Source: the human T2T-CHM13v2.0 reference genome, Homo sapiens | Assembly (NCBI RefSeq): GCF_009914755.1 | Contig: NC_060929.1 | Reading direction: 5' to 3' (one strand) | DNA length: 64,000 bases | In this document: one piece after another, positions 1 through 14,440 of the stretch | Layout: every line of letters starts with the position of its first letter | Position numbering within the stretch: the first letter of the stretch is position 1 | Translations under genes and position numbers: made by a program | Notes under the pieces: model-generated | Database searches by the model: none | The model's input: the letters and a program-made list of their open reading frames with translations, nothing else | What the model was told of the DNA's origin: nothing

Positions 1-1999
1 AGACCAGAAAAAACAGTAAGTGTCCACAAAAGTGGACAAGAGTTTGTAACAATGAATGGAAGGGAAATTACAATGAAAGGGAACAGTGAAATCAATCAAT
101 GGCCTATTTTGTTCTCAGTTGGTTCCCAAGGGACTTGATATAGCAGCAGAAATGTGGCATCAGTAGTAGTCTTGTTCTTAAATTACATTATTAAATTGGT
201 GACCAGAGTTTCAGACATAAATAAAATAATAAATTCAGGTGACACAGCTCAACTTGTGTTTTCTAGGAGATAGATACCATTTCATAACTGTTATTATGCA
301 ACAATGACATATACATTCTGCATCTGTAAAAATGCTATTTCCTTGACATACGTTTATTATGCAATACAATATAATATGTAATTTAGTTCACCATTTATAT
401 AAAGCCTGATGCTCCAAGTATCATAGTTGGTGAGTTAACTGTCATTGATTATATAATGGTGTTAAAACAATTTTAGTGAACAGCTTTTATCTATTATAAT
501 CATTTATATTACCTTTTTCCCTCTCAAAAATACTGATTCCATTAAACTAACACTAAGATCCACTGGTTCAAGATTAAATATTTAATATTAGTTTGTTTAT
601 ATTGTTCCACAGACATTCCTGTTTTTTCTCAAAATAGGTCATCTTACTTCATAATAATCTTATTTAAATAGCAGACTTTTTTGCACTATCGTGAAGTGGA
701 AGTCTCTAAGCATTTCTCATGGTTCCTTGGTGGAATGGTCACTTAATGATCAAATTAGAGCTCACTCAACCAGATCTGTGGTAACAACAGTTAGTAGGCT
801 GCAGTCAGTTCTCCTGCTCAGATTTACAGAGCATCCAGGTGGAGTTCATTACTGTGAATCACCCAGCATGGTCCCCTGGCAGCAGATTACGAAAACAGTT
901 TAAATTAGACATGGCTGCACTGCGAAACCTATTCCTCGTTCAAAATGTAAGGACCCCCTACGCTTAGCCACATATGTCTTATCTGTAGCTGCCTTCTATC
1001 CAGGGAGGTCTCTATTACTATTTGCTGCTGTATTTGTACAATACCTAAAATATTTATAAATCTGAATGCTAAAAAATTACAGATTTGCAGCTAATACATT
1101 CCACAGCTGCATGTTTTTGGTTTGCAAATTTATAACTGGGAATTTACTACTACTAACAAATTCCAGCTTTTGAACAATTGGATATATTTCTCCAACTTGG
1201 TATATTGCCCAGTATCTGTTATTCTCACTCCCCAGGCTGGGATGGCTGCAATGGTGGTAGACCCTCTGGGGAGGGAGGAGGGATAGATGGATGAAACTAT
1301 TTGCCATCAGTCACCAACAGCCCCTCTGGCGGATTAAGTAGCAGGTGTTAATAGGAACCCAAGGGAGTGCTCTCCAGTTCCCTTTAGCTAGAATGATAAG
1401 TGACATGATTCAAGGCCTGAAGGGTTTGGGGACCTTTGAGGGAGGGGGAAGGGAAGTGGACTTGTAAAGCAGGAAATATTAGCGTGGTATGTTGTTTTGA
1501 AAGGCTTCTCCTAATGTTAAGATGATTTGCAGTTTTGAAGACTTAAATAATGAAAATTCTGATACAGATGTTCCAGGCATTAAAGAAGGAATGAGGAAAT
1601 ATTATAACCTTTAAAAGCACTGCTCATACTCTATAATTTTGTTCTCATTGAAGCTTTACTGAAAACACTATTATAAGATTTAATTATTGTTTTTAACAGT
1701 CATTTATTATATAGATAGGCAAGAAAGTATACATCATGAAAATAATGTGGAAAGATGCCATAGACTTTTCAAAATAGCAAAACATATGTTCATACAGAAA
1801 ATGCACAAAGAATCAATAGATGTGATTGATATTCTGAGTCAGTGATAATTATTAAACTATAATAAACCTCAAATTTTGTTTTCTCTATAAAATTCATTTG
1901 TTTCTTTCCTTTGTCTCAGAGGAGGTTTTTAATACCAAAGTTTTAAATTTGACATATATGGTATTAAAATATGTTAAGAACTTTATTGATGTTTAACAG

Positions 2000-2935
2000 A
2001 AAGATGTGCATATTATAAACATGTAACAAAATTAATTTATACAAAATGAATATGCCCATGTAACCACCAGATAAGACATTATCAGTACCCACAACACTGT
2101 CATTCTAACAGCATTGATTAATTTGATACTTGATATAAATGGAGCAATACATCATACATTCTTTTGTGTCTTGCTTATTTTACATAACATTTGTGAGAGT
2201 CATAAATATTGTGTGCAGTTATAGTTTTTAAAAAATTATTTACAATTATTATTTTGTACAGTATACTATAGTTTTGCATAGTATGTAATCGGATAACTAT
2301 ATCATTATTTCCACATTGTAAAATTAATTGCCATTGAGTCATTTCCAAATGGAAGATACTAAATATAATGTTGTTATGAGTATTCTAATGTATGTCTTTT
2401 GGTAAGGATAGGTACGTATTTCTATTTGGCATAAACCTAGGATTGGAATTGCTGAGTCATAGCATGTGCATATGTTAAACTTTAGTAGATGTTACCAAAG
2501 ACTACTTTCCTACCAATGTCTAATATTTCTGGTTTCTCTGTATTGTTGCCAAAATTTATTTTCTGTCTCTTTAATTTTAGCAGTTCTGATGCGTGTATAG
2601 TGGCATCTTGTTGCATTTTTAATATGCATTTCCCCAATAATGAATGAAATTAATCACTTTTTCTTATATGTATTGGCCATCAGATATTCTCTTTTGAAAA
2701 ATGTCTGTTCAAGTCTTTTGCTCATTTCTTATTGGGCTTTCTATCTTTTTGTTCTTGATGAATAAAAATTCTTGATATATTCTAGATAGAAGACCTTCTT
2801 GGATATGGGAATTGAGAGTATCTTCTCTCACTCTGAGGCTTGCATTTTCACATTCTAAATGATATAATTTGTATTAAGAATATATTCACTTGATATAGTT
2901 CATTTATTACTATTTTAATATGATTGGCACAATTG
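2000..2935 (-). mobile_element. Ancient L1M (L1ME/L1MC-like) 3' UTR and ORF2 end
   Basis: Diverged antisense L1 text, e.g. 'ataaacctaggattggaattgctgagtcatag', 'tgtctgttcaagtcttttgctcattt'; boundaries approximate. Confidence 0.75.
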
Positions 2936-3723
2936 TGCTTTTGGTAATGTTACAGAAAATTAACATTTAATTCAGATGAACTACTATGAAATCTGGAAGA
3001 TATAAGAAAAATGTAAGGTTTTGGAAAGTGACCAAAGTAAAAAACAATCTGGAAGACAGTCAGTCTATAAAAATTGAGAACTTCATTGGGTCAGATAAGC
3101 TGTGACAGTCTCTGGTCCACATAGCATGAAGCTGCTAAAGCTGAAGCAGAAATTCACATCTTACTAGCATTCATGTTAGGAGGCCGAGGATGGAATCCAG
3201 GGTTTCTAGAGTGCCTAGGAAGTGAGGAGAAAATCCCAGAAAGGGAGGAGACATAAATGAGGAAACCCAAATCTTCTTGTAAAGTCCACCTCAGCTCTTA
3301 GAGGCCTTTCAACTAAGTAGGCATAGTTGGGACTCCAAGAAGCCCCTCGGAAGGCAGCAACTGAAAGACTGAGGTAAGTGAATGAAGGTCTCAACACTTA
3401 TACAACAGAAGGAAAAAAAGAAGTTTATAGTTTTAGTCCAGCCAGATTAAAACTCTTTAGTGAAAGATAATAGAAGCTAGAATTTCTACAAAGTATCTAC
3501 CTGACAGAAAAAAATGAGGAGTCATGAGAAGTAGCAAAATTTAGCCCATAGTCAAGAAAAGACAAAGCAATCCATAAAAAGAAAATCAAAATGAAAAGGT
3601 GTCGTAATTATCAGACTGAGATTTTAAAGTAATTATTATTAATATGTCTAAGAAAACCTTGGTTATAAAGATTGAAGAGATGAGAAACTTCAGCATAGAA
3701 ATGAAATACATAAGAAAGATTAA

Positions 3724-4486
3724 TGTAACCACCCAACAGGTTCACCTTGCCCATTGCCTAGACAGAGCCAATTTATCAAGACAGGGGAATTGTAATGGAG
3801 AAGTGTAATTCTCACAGAGCCAGCTGTGTGGAAGACTGAAGTTTTATTATTACTCAAATCAGTCTGCCCAAGCATTCTAGAATGGAGTTTTTAAGGAGAA
3901 TTTGGAGGTTGGCGGCTCTGGAAGTGGGGAGTGCTGACTGGTGGGGTTGGAGATGGAATCATAGGGGATGTAAGTGAGTTTTTTGTTTGTTTGTTTGTTT
4001 GTTTGCTGTCTTCTGTTCCTGGGTGGGATTATAGAACCAGCTGAGCCAGATTACCAGTCTGCATGGTGTCAGCCGGTGCATCAAGTACAGGGTCTGCAAA
4101 ATATCTCAAGCACTCATCTTAGATGTTACAATAGTGATGTTATTCCCAGGAACAATTTGGGGAAGTTCAGACTCTTGCAGCCAGAGGCTGCATGGTGCTT
4201 AAATTATAACTTCTAATCTTGTAGCTAATTTGTTAGTCCTACAAAGGCAAATTGGTCCTGAGGCAAGATTTTTTTGTTTGTTTGTTTGTTTGTTTTTGGA
4301 AAGGACTATTATCATCTTTGTTTCAGAGTTAAACTATAAGCTAAATTCCTTCCCAAGTTTAGTTTAGCCTATGCCCAAGAATGAACAAGGACAGCTTAGA
4401 GATCAGAAGCCAGATGGAGTCGGTTAGTTCTGATCTCTTTCACTGTCATAATTTCCTCAGTTATAATTTTTGTAAAAGTAATTCCA
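3724..4486 (-). mobile_element. Solo ERV1 LTR, LTR8 family
   Basis: TG...CA termini (tgtaaccacccaacaggttcaccttg ... aattcca); 'gaacaaggacagcttagag...gatggagtcggttag...ctctttcactgtcataattt' resembles the reverse complement of the LTR8 5' end. Confidence 0.8.
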
Positions 4487-4588
4487 TTTAATGGATATTC
4501 TAGAACTTAAAGGTACATTATTTGATTTTTTAAAAAGATTGCATTTAAAAGCAATTAAAGATGGCAAATAAAAAGGTAATAAAACTTG

Positions 4589-4909
<321 letters not shown>

Positions 4910-5171
4910 TTAATAGAAACCATACTGCTCAAAAAAGACAGATAAAGGAAAATAATAATAATGATAATAATATTAATAAAGCCCAATATCATGTGAAACA
5001 TATCAAGTTGTCTAATGAGTATGTAATTAAGAGTCTCAGAGGTGAGAAAGTAGAGTATGGATCATCAATAGTATTTTAAGAAATAATAGCTAAAAATTAC
5101 CCAAATTAGGTGAAAAACGTAAATCTAAACATCCGAGAACCTTACCCAAATACAAGCAAGTCAAATGCGAG

Positions 5172-5599
5172 TGTTAAAAGAAAAACTTCAGCTGAATTAA
5201 ATTTAAAGATGCTTAACTGAGCAATCAATGATTCACAAATCAGGCAGCCCCCAGAATCACATCAGATTCAGAGACTCCAGCACAGCTACGGGTGCTGAAA
5301 AATTTATAGAGAAAAAAAGGAAGTGACATACAGAAATCAGAAGTGAGGTACAGAAACAACCGGATTGGTTACAGCTCAGCGTTTGCTTTATTTGAACACA
5401 GTTCGAACACTCGGCAGTATATGAGTGGTTGAAGTACGGCTGCTGGGATTGGCCAATACTCAGCTATTGTTACAGGCACATACTCTTAAGTTCGGTTTTC
5501 AATCTTGTCTACCTATTAAGTTAGATTACAGTTCATCCACAAAGTCTCAAAAACATAAATACAGGGTTCTTCTCAGGCCATATTCAATTCACTTTAACG
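5172..5599 (-). mobile_element. Solo ERV1 LTR, MER57A/B family
   Basis: tgttaaaag...ctttaacg termini; 'gctgggattggccaatactcagctattgttacagg'; 4-bp TSD cgag/caag. Confidence 0.8.
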
Positions 5600-5821
5600 C
5601 AAGAATAAGCACAACTAGGCACATTTTGAAGTCAACAAATACAAAGAAAACCTTGAAAGTGGAGAGAGACAAATGACAAATTACATATAGTTAAGGAACA
5701 CTATGAATGGTGGCTGAAAAAAAGTTGAAACCTGTAGACAATAAAATGATATCTTTAAAGTGCTGACTAAAAAATAAAATTGGAATTCTGTATACAGTGA
5801 AAATCTTCAAAAACATAGGTG

Positions 5822-6700
5822 AGTTCATTAGTTTCCTATTCCGGCTGTAACAAATTACCACAAAGTCAATGGCTTGAAACAACATGAAAGGTTTTATCTT
5901 AAGTTCTGGAGGTCAAAAGTCTGAAGTGGATGTCACTGGAGTAAACTCAAGGTGTTTGCAGAATCACACTTCTTATGGAGGCTCGGCAGGTGGGGAAGGG
6001 ATGCCATGGGGGAGAGTTAATTTTCTTGCCTTTTCTGGCTTCTAGGGCTGCCTACATTCTTTGGCTCATGGTCCTCTTAAACACCAGCAGTTGAATCATT
6101 CTGACCTCTATTTCTGTCTCACATCTTCTCTATGATTCTATGCATCCCTGTTTCACTTATAAGGACCCTTGTGATTACACTGAGCACACCAGGAAAATTC
6201 ATAATAACTACTCATTTTAAAATGCTTAATTATATTTACAAAATTCCTTTTCCATGTAAATACCCTTATTCATAGGAATTAGGAGGTGTATTAGCCTGTT
6301 TTCATGCTGCTGATAAAGACATACCCAAGACTGGGCCATTTACAAAGGAAAGAGTTTTAATGGAGTACTCACAGTTCCATGTGACTGGGGAAGCCTCACA
6401 ATCATGGCAGGAGACAAGGAGGAGAAAGTCACATCTTACATGGATGGCAGCAGGCAAAGAGAGAGCTTGTGCAGGGCAACTCTGATTTTTCAAAACCATC
6501 AAATCTCATGAGACCCATTCACTATCACAAGAACAGCACAGGAAAGAGCCACCCATCCATACTTCAGTCATCTCCCACTGAGTCCCTCCCACAACATGTG
6601 GGAATTATGGGAACTACAAGATGAGATTGGGTGGGGACACAGAGCCAAACAGTATCAGGAGGTGAACATCCTTTGAGGCCCTTCTTCTGCCTATTCTTCC
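5822..6700 (-). mobile_element. MLT1 (MaLR) solo LTR interrupted by THE1
   Basis: 'ttagtttcctatt...ctgtaacaaattaccacaaa...ggcttgaaacaac', 'cttataaggacccttgtgattacactgag'; continues briefly after 6662. Confidence 0.75.
6287..6657 (-). mobile_element. THE1B-like solo LTR
   Basis: tgtattag...gctgctgataaagacatacccaagactggg...agagccaaacagtatca; perfect 5-bp TSD ggagg (6282-6286, 6658-6662). Confidence 0.9.
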
Positions 6701-6914
6701 AATCGTGGTGAAATAAATACATTTTTCAGGTAAATAAGAGAGAATTCCTGGACAGTATACCTTCAGTAAAAGAAATGTTAAACAAATTATTCAGCCTGAA
6801 AGAAAATTACACCAGATAGAAATTCATATTTGAAGGAGAAATGAAGAACATTAGCAATGGTAAATATTTACTCTATTGGTAAACATAAAAGACTATGTTT
6901 TTTCTCTTAATTAA

Positions 6915-7635
6915 TTTTACAGTTAGCCTTTTTGTACCTTATTTAAGGAATCATAGCCTATTCCAAGGTCATGTATTTTCTACAACTTGAATGTTTAAAC
7001 ATTAGGAGTTATATTTGTAATCCATCTAGAATATGTATCTGTGTCTCTATGTAAAGTGTGAAGTAAGCATTTGAATATACTTTTTTGGATATACTAAATT
7101 GGATATTCATGTGGAATTGTGGAATTGTGATGTCAACTTAGTCATAAATCACATGACAATTTACATTTTGTATTGTTTCTGGTCACTTAATTTTTCTCTC
7201 TCGGTCAGTTTCCCTGTCCTTATGGTAATATAATACTGTCTTAATTAATATACCTTTACTTCTTTACTTATGGTATTTTAGTCTTTTGTTACTGGTACTA
7301 TAAATCTTCCATATTAGCACTTCTATAGTATTACCTTGATGATTCTTGACTTGTTAAATTTCAGCATAAATTTTTAAATCAGCCATTAAATTTACTAACA
7401 TTTTTAGAAATTTGGTTAGGATTTTATTGAATCTACAGAATGATGTAGAAAGCTGCCATATTTACAGTTTTGGCTGTAATCCATGCAAATGAGTATCTCT
7501 TCAGTTATTGAAGATTTCTTCAATTTTTCTTAATAACAGTTTAAAAATGAGAGTTTTAAACTTCATTTGCTGTACATTTTATCAATTTGTTACTAGACAT
7601 TTGATATTTTTATAATGTAAATTGTACTACTTTTC
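6915..7635 (-). mobile_element. Ancient L1M ORF2 fragment (continuation of 2000-2935)
   Basis: 'ttatttaaggaatcatagcctattccaaggtcatg', 'ttggttaggattttattgaatctacag' are diverged antisense ORF2. Confidence 0.65.
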
Positions 7636-9196
7636 ATTTTTTAAAATTTTTATATTAAATTCAGGGTACAAGTGCAGGTTTGTTACACAGGTAAACTTGT
7701 GTCATGGGGAGTGTTGAACAGATTATTTCATCACCCAGTTATGAAGCCTAGTACCCGCTATTTTTCCTGATTTTCTCCCTCCTCTCAACCTCCACCATCA
7801 AAAAGGCTACAATGTGTGCTGTTCCCCTCTGTGTGTCAGTGTGTTTTTATCATTTAGCTCCCACTTATAAGTGAGCACAAGGGGTATTTGGCTTTCTGTT
7901 CCTGTGTTAGTTTCCCATGTATAATGGCCTCCAGCTCCATCCGTGTCCCTGCAAAGGACATGATTTCCTTAATTTTTATGGTTGCATATTATTATATGGT
8001 GTACATGTACCACATTTTCTCTATTCAGTCTACTATTGATGGGCTTTTAGGTTGATTCTATGTCTTTGCTATTGTGAATAGTGCTATAGTAAACATATGT
8101 GTGCATGTGTCTTTATAATGGAATGATTTATATTCCTTTGGGTATATACCAAGTAATGGGGTTGCTGGGATGAATGAGATTTCTGTCTTTAGGTCTTTGA
8201 GGAATCACAACACTGTCTTCCACAATGGCTGAACTAATTTACACTCCCACCAATAGTGTACAAGCACTACTTTTTCTCCACACCTCATCAGCATTGGTTA
8301 TTTTTTACTTTTTAATCATAGTTATTCTGACTGGTGTGAGATGGTATCTCATTGTGGTTTTGATTTGAATTTCTCTCATGACCACAAATGTTGAACTTTT
8401 TATCCGTATATTTGTTGGCTGCATGTATGTCTTCTTTTGAAAATTGTCTGTTCATGTCCTTTGCCTACTTTTTTTATGGGATTTTTTTGGCACATTTGTT
8501 TAAGTTTCTTATAGGTGCTGGATGTTAGAGCTTTGTTGAATGCATAGTTTGTAGGTTGTCCATTTACTCTGTTGATAGTTTCTTTTGCTGTGCAGAAACT
8601 CTTTAGGTTTAGATCCCATTTATCAATTTTTGCTTGTGTTACAATTGCTTTTTGCAATTTCATTATGAAATCCTTGCCCGTGTCTGTGTCCTATATGGTA
8701 TTGTCTAGGATATCTCCCAGGGTTTTTATAGTTTTGGGCTTTACATTTAAGTCTTTAATCCATTGTGAGTTAATTTTCATATGGTGTAAGAAAGGGGTTC
8801 AGTTTTAATCTTCAGCATATGGTTAGCCAGTTATCTCAGCACCATTTATTGAATAGGGAATCCTTTCCCCATTGCTTGTTTTGGTCAGGTTTGTCGAAGA
8901 TCAGTCAGTGGTAGGTGTGCAGTCTTATTTCTGGGTTCTCTATACTGTTCTGTTGGTCTGTGTCTGTTTTTGTACCAGTACTATCATGCTGCTTTGGTTA
9001 CTGTAGCCCTGTACTAGTGTTTGAAGTTGTGTAGCGTGATGCCTCCAGCTTTCTTCTTTTTACTTAGGATTGTCTTGGCTATTGGGGTTCATTCTTGGTT
9101 CCATATGAATTTTAAAATAAGTTTCTCTAATTCTGTGAAGAATGTCAATGTTAGTTTAATAGGAATAACATTGAATCTATAAATTGCTTTGGGCAG
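7636..9196 (-). mobile_element. L1PA13-like 3' UTR and ORF2 3' part
   Basis: 'gtgcaggtttgttacacaggtaaacttgtgtcatgggg...agattatttcatcaccc'; ORF 8400-8663 encodes L1 ORF2 peptide [25 protein letters not shown]. Confidence 0.9.
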
Positions 9197-9617
9197 TGTG
9201 ATGTTGATACTGAGTGTCAACTTGACTGGATTGAGGGATACAAAGTATTAATCTTGGGTGAGTCTGTGTGGGTGTTGCCAAAAGAGATTAACATTTGAGT
9301 CACTGGGCTGGGGAAGGCAGTTTCACCCTTAATCTGTTGGGCACAATCTAATTAGCTTCCAGTGAACATAAAGCAGGCAAAAAACATGAAAAGGAGAGCT
9401 TCCCAGCCTACATCTTTCTCCCATGCTGGATGCTTTCTGCCCTTGAACATCAGACTCCAAGTTCTCAAGTTCTTCAGTTTTGGGACTCGGACTATCTCTC
9501 CTCGCTCCTCAGCTTGCACAGCCTATTCTGGGACCTCATGATTATGGAAGTTAATAATAAGCTCACGTTTATATATATATATATTTCTGTCCCTCTAAGA
9601 GAACCCTTACTAATACA
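9197..9617 (+). mobile_element. HERV-L 5' LTR (MLT2A1/2-like)
   Basis: tgtgatg..tactgagtgtcaacttg start; (TA)n tract, then 'tctgtccctctaagagaacccttactaataca' end; homologous to 15248 onward. Confidence 0.92.
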
Positions 9618-9622
9618 GATTT

Positions 9623-9640
9623 TGGTACCAGGAGTGGTTC
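9623..9640 (+). promoter_or_regulatory. Primer binding site, tRNA-Leu
   Basis: tggtaccaggagtgg just 3' of the LTR is complementary to the 3' end of tRNA-Leu(UAA) (…CCACUCCUGGUACCA). Confidence 0.85.
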
Positions 9641-9699
9641 TAGAGGAACAGAATATTAAGGATGGAGTTCTTTCATTGGTTTTGGGGTTTCTGGAGTTG

Positions 9700-11430
9700 G
9701 CTGCTTAATATGATTAGACCCCAAAATTCTAAGAACTCTATTTCTAGTAGTATGGGGAAGATTGATAGTCTTCGATGTGAACTGTTTAGAGAGTTATGCA
9801 AAATAAATGCATTTAACACTCCTGATTCACTGCTCATGAAAGGCAAGGAGTTTAGTGACTCTATAGATAATACCTTTGACCACATATGGAGAACCAAGGA
9901 ACATAATGAAGCTGGTTGGTTGCTTCTGAGTTTAATAGGCAAAGTGATGAAAGAAAATGATGAACTCGGGGATTCTGTCTCCCAGCTTCAGAAGCAGATA
10001 TTGAGCCTCAAATCAGCCAAGATTGTCCTGAGTGAGAGTCTTACTTCCTGTAGAGAAAGAGCTGAAATTGTGGAAAAATAGACACAAGATTTTATCATAT
10101 GAGTGGCTGACCTGCAGTGAAAGGTGCATGCACAGCCTTGCCAGGTGTCTACTGTTAAAGTGAGGGCATTAACTGGAAAAAGATGGGACCCTGAAACTTG
10201 GAATGGGGATGTGTGGGAGGACCATGATGAAGCTGGGGACACTGAGTTTGTAAACTCTAATGAACCTTTTTTTTTTTTTTGCCAGAAGGAACAGCCTCCC
10301 TATCCCCACTAGTGGCACCATCCCCTCCCTGACCCATGCTGCCATCAGCCTTTCCACCATTGTCTGAGGAGATAAATCCTTGCTGCCTGAGGCAACAGTG
10401 ATTGCCTCCCCTGAGGCAGTCGCCAGACAAAATAATGTTGATTCTCCTCAGGAGCCACCCCCCAACACCCTAGTTTGCTTCTAGACCTATAACTAGACTA
10501 AAATCCTTGCGGACCCCTGGAGGTGAGGTTGAGAGTATGACCCATGCAGAGATGTGCTACATTCAAAAAGAACTGATTGAGTTCTCTAATTTATAAAAGC
10601 ACAATCTGGAGAACAGTCATGGGAATGGATATTAAGGGTGTGGAATAATGGTGGAAGAAACATAGAGTTGGATCAGGCTGAATTTATTGATTTGGGCCTA
10701 CTAAGTAGAGACTCTCCTTTTAATTTTGAAGCTCAGGGAGTTAAAAATGTTCTAATAGTTTATTTGCTTGGTTAGTTGTAATATGGATCAAAAGATGTCC
10801 CACTGTGAGCAAGCTGGAAATGCCTGATCTCCCTTGGTTTAATGTAGAGGAAGGGATCCAAAGGCTTGGGGAGATTGGGGTGGTGGAGTGGATTAGTCAC
10901 TTTAGACCTACACATCCAAGCTGGGAGGGTCCAGCAAATATACCCTTGACCAATGCCTTGAAAAGTAGATTTGTGAGGGCTGCACCTGCATCTTTTAAGG
11001 GCCCTCTAATTGCTCTTCTCTGTATGTCAGAGGTAACGGTGGGAACCACAGTCACTCAACTACAAAATTTAAATACAATGGGAATAATTGGATCCTGAGG
11101 TGGCAGGGGCCAAGTGGCAGCACTCAACCATCAAAGGCAAGGTGGGTATAGCTACCATAATGGACAGCAGAGGCAAAGAGGCAATCAGAATAGTATGATT
11201 CATGTAGAGCTCTGGCATTTGCTAATTAATCATGGTGTTCCTAGAAGTGAAATTGATAGGAAGCCTACTTCATTCCTACTTAAATTATACAAACAGAAAA
11301 CTTCTAGGTCTAATGGACAAAATACTAATTTGAATTATAAAAACAGAGAATCATGGTCCCTCAACCAATTTTCAGACTTGAGCCAGTTTATAGGCTCACA
11401 CCCCTTGAATGAAGGGGGGGCCAGCTCCCC
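9700..11430 (+). pseudogene. gag: HERV-L gag remnant
   Basis: Fragments HNEAGWLLL.., WDPETWNGDVWED, EMPDLPWFNVEEGIQRL, LWHLLINHGVPRSEID; many stops and frameshifts. Confidence 0.8.
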
Positions 11431-11860
11431 TTGAGGAAGGATCCCACTACGTTACCAACAATTTATGCAGTGAATATTTCTCCCATCTTTCCCCAAGGAT
11501 ACCTCTGGCCTTTTACCAGGGTAACTGTGCAATGTGGAAAGAAAAATGATCAGACATTTCAGGGACTACTGGACACTGGCTCTGAGCTGACGTTGATTCC
11601 AGAGGACCCAAAACGTCATTGTGGTCCTCCAGTTAAAGTAGGGGCTTATGGAGGTCAGGTAATTAATAAAGTTTTAGCTCAGGTCTGACTTACAGTGGGT
11701 CCCCAGATTCATCCTTTGGCCATTTCCCCAGTGCCAGAATGCATAATTGGCATAGACATACTGAGCAGCTGACAGAACCCCATTGGCTCCCTGATTGATT
11801 GATAGGATGATGGCTATTATGGTGGGAAAGGCCAAATGGAAGCCATTAGAGCTGCCTTGA
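11431..11860 (+). pseudogene. pro: HERV-L aspartic protease remnant
   Basis: LLDTGS active-site motif at 11566-11583; stop codons downstream. Confidence 0.85.
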
Positions 11861-14440
11861 CCTAGAAAAATAGTAAATAAAAAACAATATCACATTTCTG
11901 GAGGGATTGCAGAGATTAGTGCCACCATCAAGGACTTGAAAGATGCAGGAGTGGTGATTCCCACCACATCCCTATTCAACTCTCCCATTTGGCCAGTGCA
12001 GAAGACAGACAGATCTTGGAGAAAGACAGTGGATTATTGTAAGCTTAACCAAGTGGTGGCTCCAATTGTCGCTGCTGTACCAGATGTGGTTTCATTGCTT
12101 GAGCAAATTAACACATCTCCTGGTACCTGGTATGCAGCCATTGACTTGACAAATGCCTTTTTCTCCATTCCTGTCCATAAGGCCCATCAGAAGCAATTTG
12201 CCTTCAGCTGGCAAGGCCAGCAATATACTTTTACTGTCCTACCTCAGAGGTATATCAACTCTGACTTTTTGTCATAATTTTATTCAAGGAGACCTTGATT
12301 ACTTTTCTTCCACAAGATATCACACTGGCCCCTTACATTGATGACATTATGCTGATTGGAGCCAGTGAGCAAGAAGTAGCAAACACAATGGTCTTATTGG
12401 TGAGACATTTGCATGCCAGAGGATGGGATATAAATCCGAGTAAAATTCAGGGACCTTCTGCTTCAGTAAAATTTCTAGGGGTCCAGTGGTGTAGGGCCTG
12501 TAACAAAATTCCTTCTAATGTGAAGGATAAGTTGCTGCATTTGGACCCTCCTACAACCAAGAAAGAGCCACAATGCCTAGTGGACCTATTTGGATTTTGG
12601 AGGCAATAAATTCCTCATGTGGGTGTGTTACTCCAACCCCGTTTATTGAGTGGCCCAAAAGGCTGCCAGTTTTGAGTGGGGTCCAGAACAGGAGAAGACT
12701 CTGCAACAGGTCCAGGCTGCTGTGCAAGTGGCTCTGCCACTTGGGTCATATGACCCAACAGATCCAATGGTGCTTGAGGTGTCAGTCACAGATAGGGATG
12801 CTGTTTGGAGCCTTTGGTGAGCCCACATAGGTGAATCACAGCAGAAGCCTCTAGGATTTTGGAGCCCTGCCATCTTCTGCAGATAAATATTCTCCTTTTG
12901 AAAGACAGTTCTTGGCCAATTACTGGTCTTTGTTGGAAACTGAACATTTGATTATGGGTCATCAAGTCGCCATGTGACCTGAACTGCCTATCATGAACTG
13001 GGTGTTTTCTGATGAATAGCCATAAAGTGGGTCATGAACAGCAGCATTCCATCATCAAAATAAAGTCGTATATATGTCATCAGACTCGAGCAGGTCCTGA
13101 AGACACAAGTATGTTACCTGAGGAAGTGTCTCAAATGTCCATGGTCTCCACTCCTGCCACCTGCCTTCTTTCCCCTAGTCTGCACTGATAGCCTCATAGG
13201 GAGTTCCCTATGAAGAGTTGACAGAGGAAGAAAAGGCTAGGGCCTGGTTCACAAATGGTTCTGAAAGATATGCAAGCACCACCCAAAAGTGGACAGCTGC
13301 AGAACTACAGCCCCTTTCTAGGACATCCCTGAAGGACAGCAGTGAAGGGGAATCTTTTCAGTGGGCAGAACTTCAAGCAGTGCATCTAGTTGTGCACTTT
13401 GCATGGAAAGAGAAATGGCCAGATGTGTGGTTATGTGCTGATTCATGGGCTGTAGCCAATGGTTTGGCTAGATGGTCAGGGACTTGTAAGAAGCATGATT
13501 GGAAAATGGTGACAAATAAACTTGGAGAAGAGTTATGTGGATGGACCTTTCTGAGTGGTCAAAAACTGTGAAGATATTTGTATCCCATGTGAGTGCTCAC
13601 CAATGGGTGACCTTAGCAGAAGAGGAGTTTAATAATCAAGTGGATAGAATGACCGATTCTGTGGACACCACTCAGCCTCTTTCCCCAGCCACCCCTGTCA
13701 TTGCCCAATAGGCACATGAACAAAGTGGCATGGTGGCAGGGATGGAGGTTACACATAAGCTCAGCAACATGGGCTTCCACTCACCAGGGTAACCTGGCTA
13801 TGGCCACTGCTGAGTGCCCAATTTGTCAGCAGCAGAAACCAACACTGAGCCCTCGATATGGCACGATTCCCCAGAATGATCAGCCAGCTACCTGGTGGCA
13901 AGTTGATTATATTGGATCTCTTCCATCATGGAAAGGGTAGAGGTTTGTCCTCACTGGAATAGACACTTACTCAGGATATGGTTTTGCCTATCCTGCACGC
14001 AATGCTTCTGCAAAGACTACCATCAGTGGACTCACAGAATGCCTTATCCACCATCATGATATTCCACACAGCATTGCCTCTGACCAAGGCACTCCCTTTA
14101 TGGCTAAAGAAGTGTGGCAATGGGCTCATGCTCATGGAATTCACTGGTCTTACCATGATCCCCATCTTCCTGAAGCAGCTGGATTTATAGAATGATGGAA
14201 TGACCTTTAGAAGTCACAATTACAACACCAACTAGGTGACAATACTTTGCAGGGCTAGGACAAAGTTATCCAGAAGGCCATGTATGTTCTGAATCAGTGT
14301 CCAATATATGGTACCATTTCTCCCATAGCCAGGATTCATGAGTCCAGGAATCAAGGGGTGGAAGTGGAAGTGGCACCACTTACCATCACCCCTACTGATC
14401 AACTAGCAAAATTTTTGCTTCCTGTTCCTGCAACATTAGT
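11861..14440 (+). pseudogene. pol: HERV-L pol remnant (RT, RNase H, integrase)
   Basis: [33 protein letters not shown] (12334-12345); RNase H WFTNGS..QWAEL..DSW; integrase zinc finger ECPIC and WQVDYIG; disrupted frames. Confidence 0.92.

Noticed and set aside
8826-9196. Similarity to 20513-20880 ending at nearly the same L1 position
   Set aside because: The two differ at many sites, consistent with separate L1 subfamilies; the shared endpoint looks coincidental rather than a local duplication.
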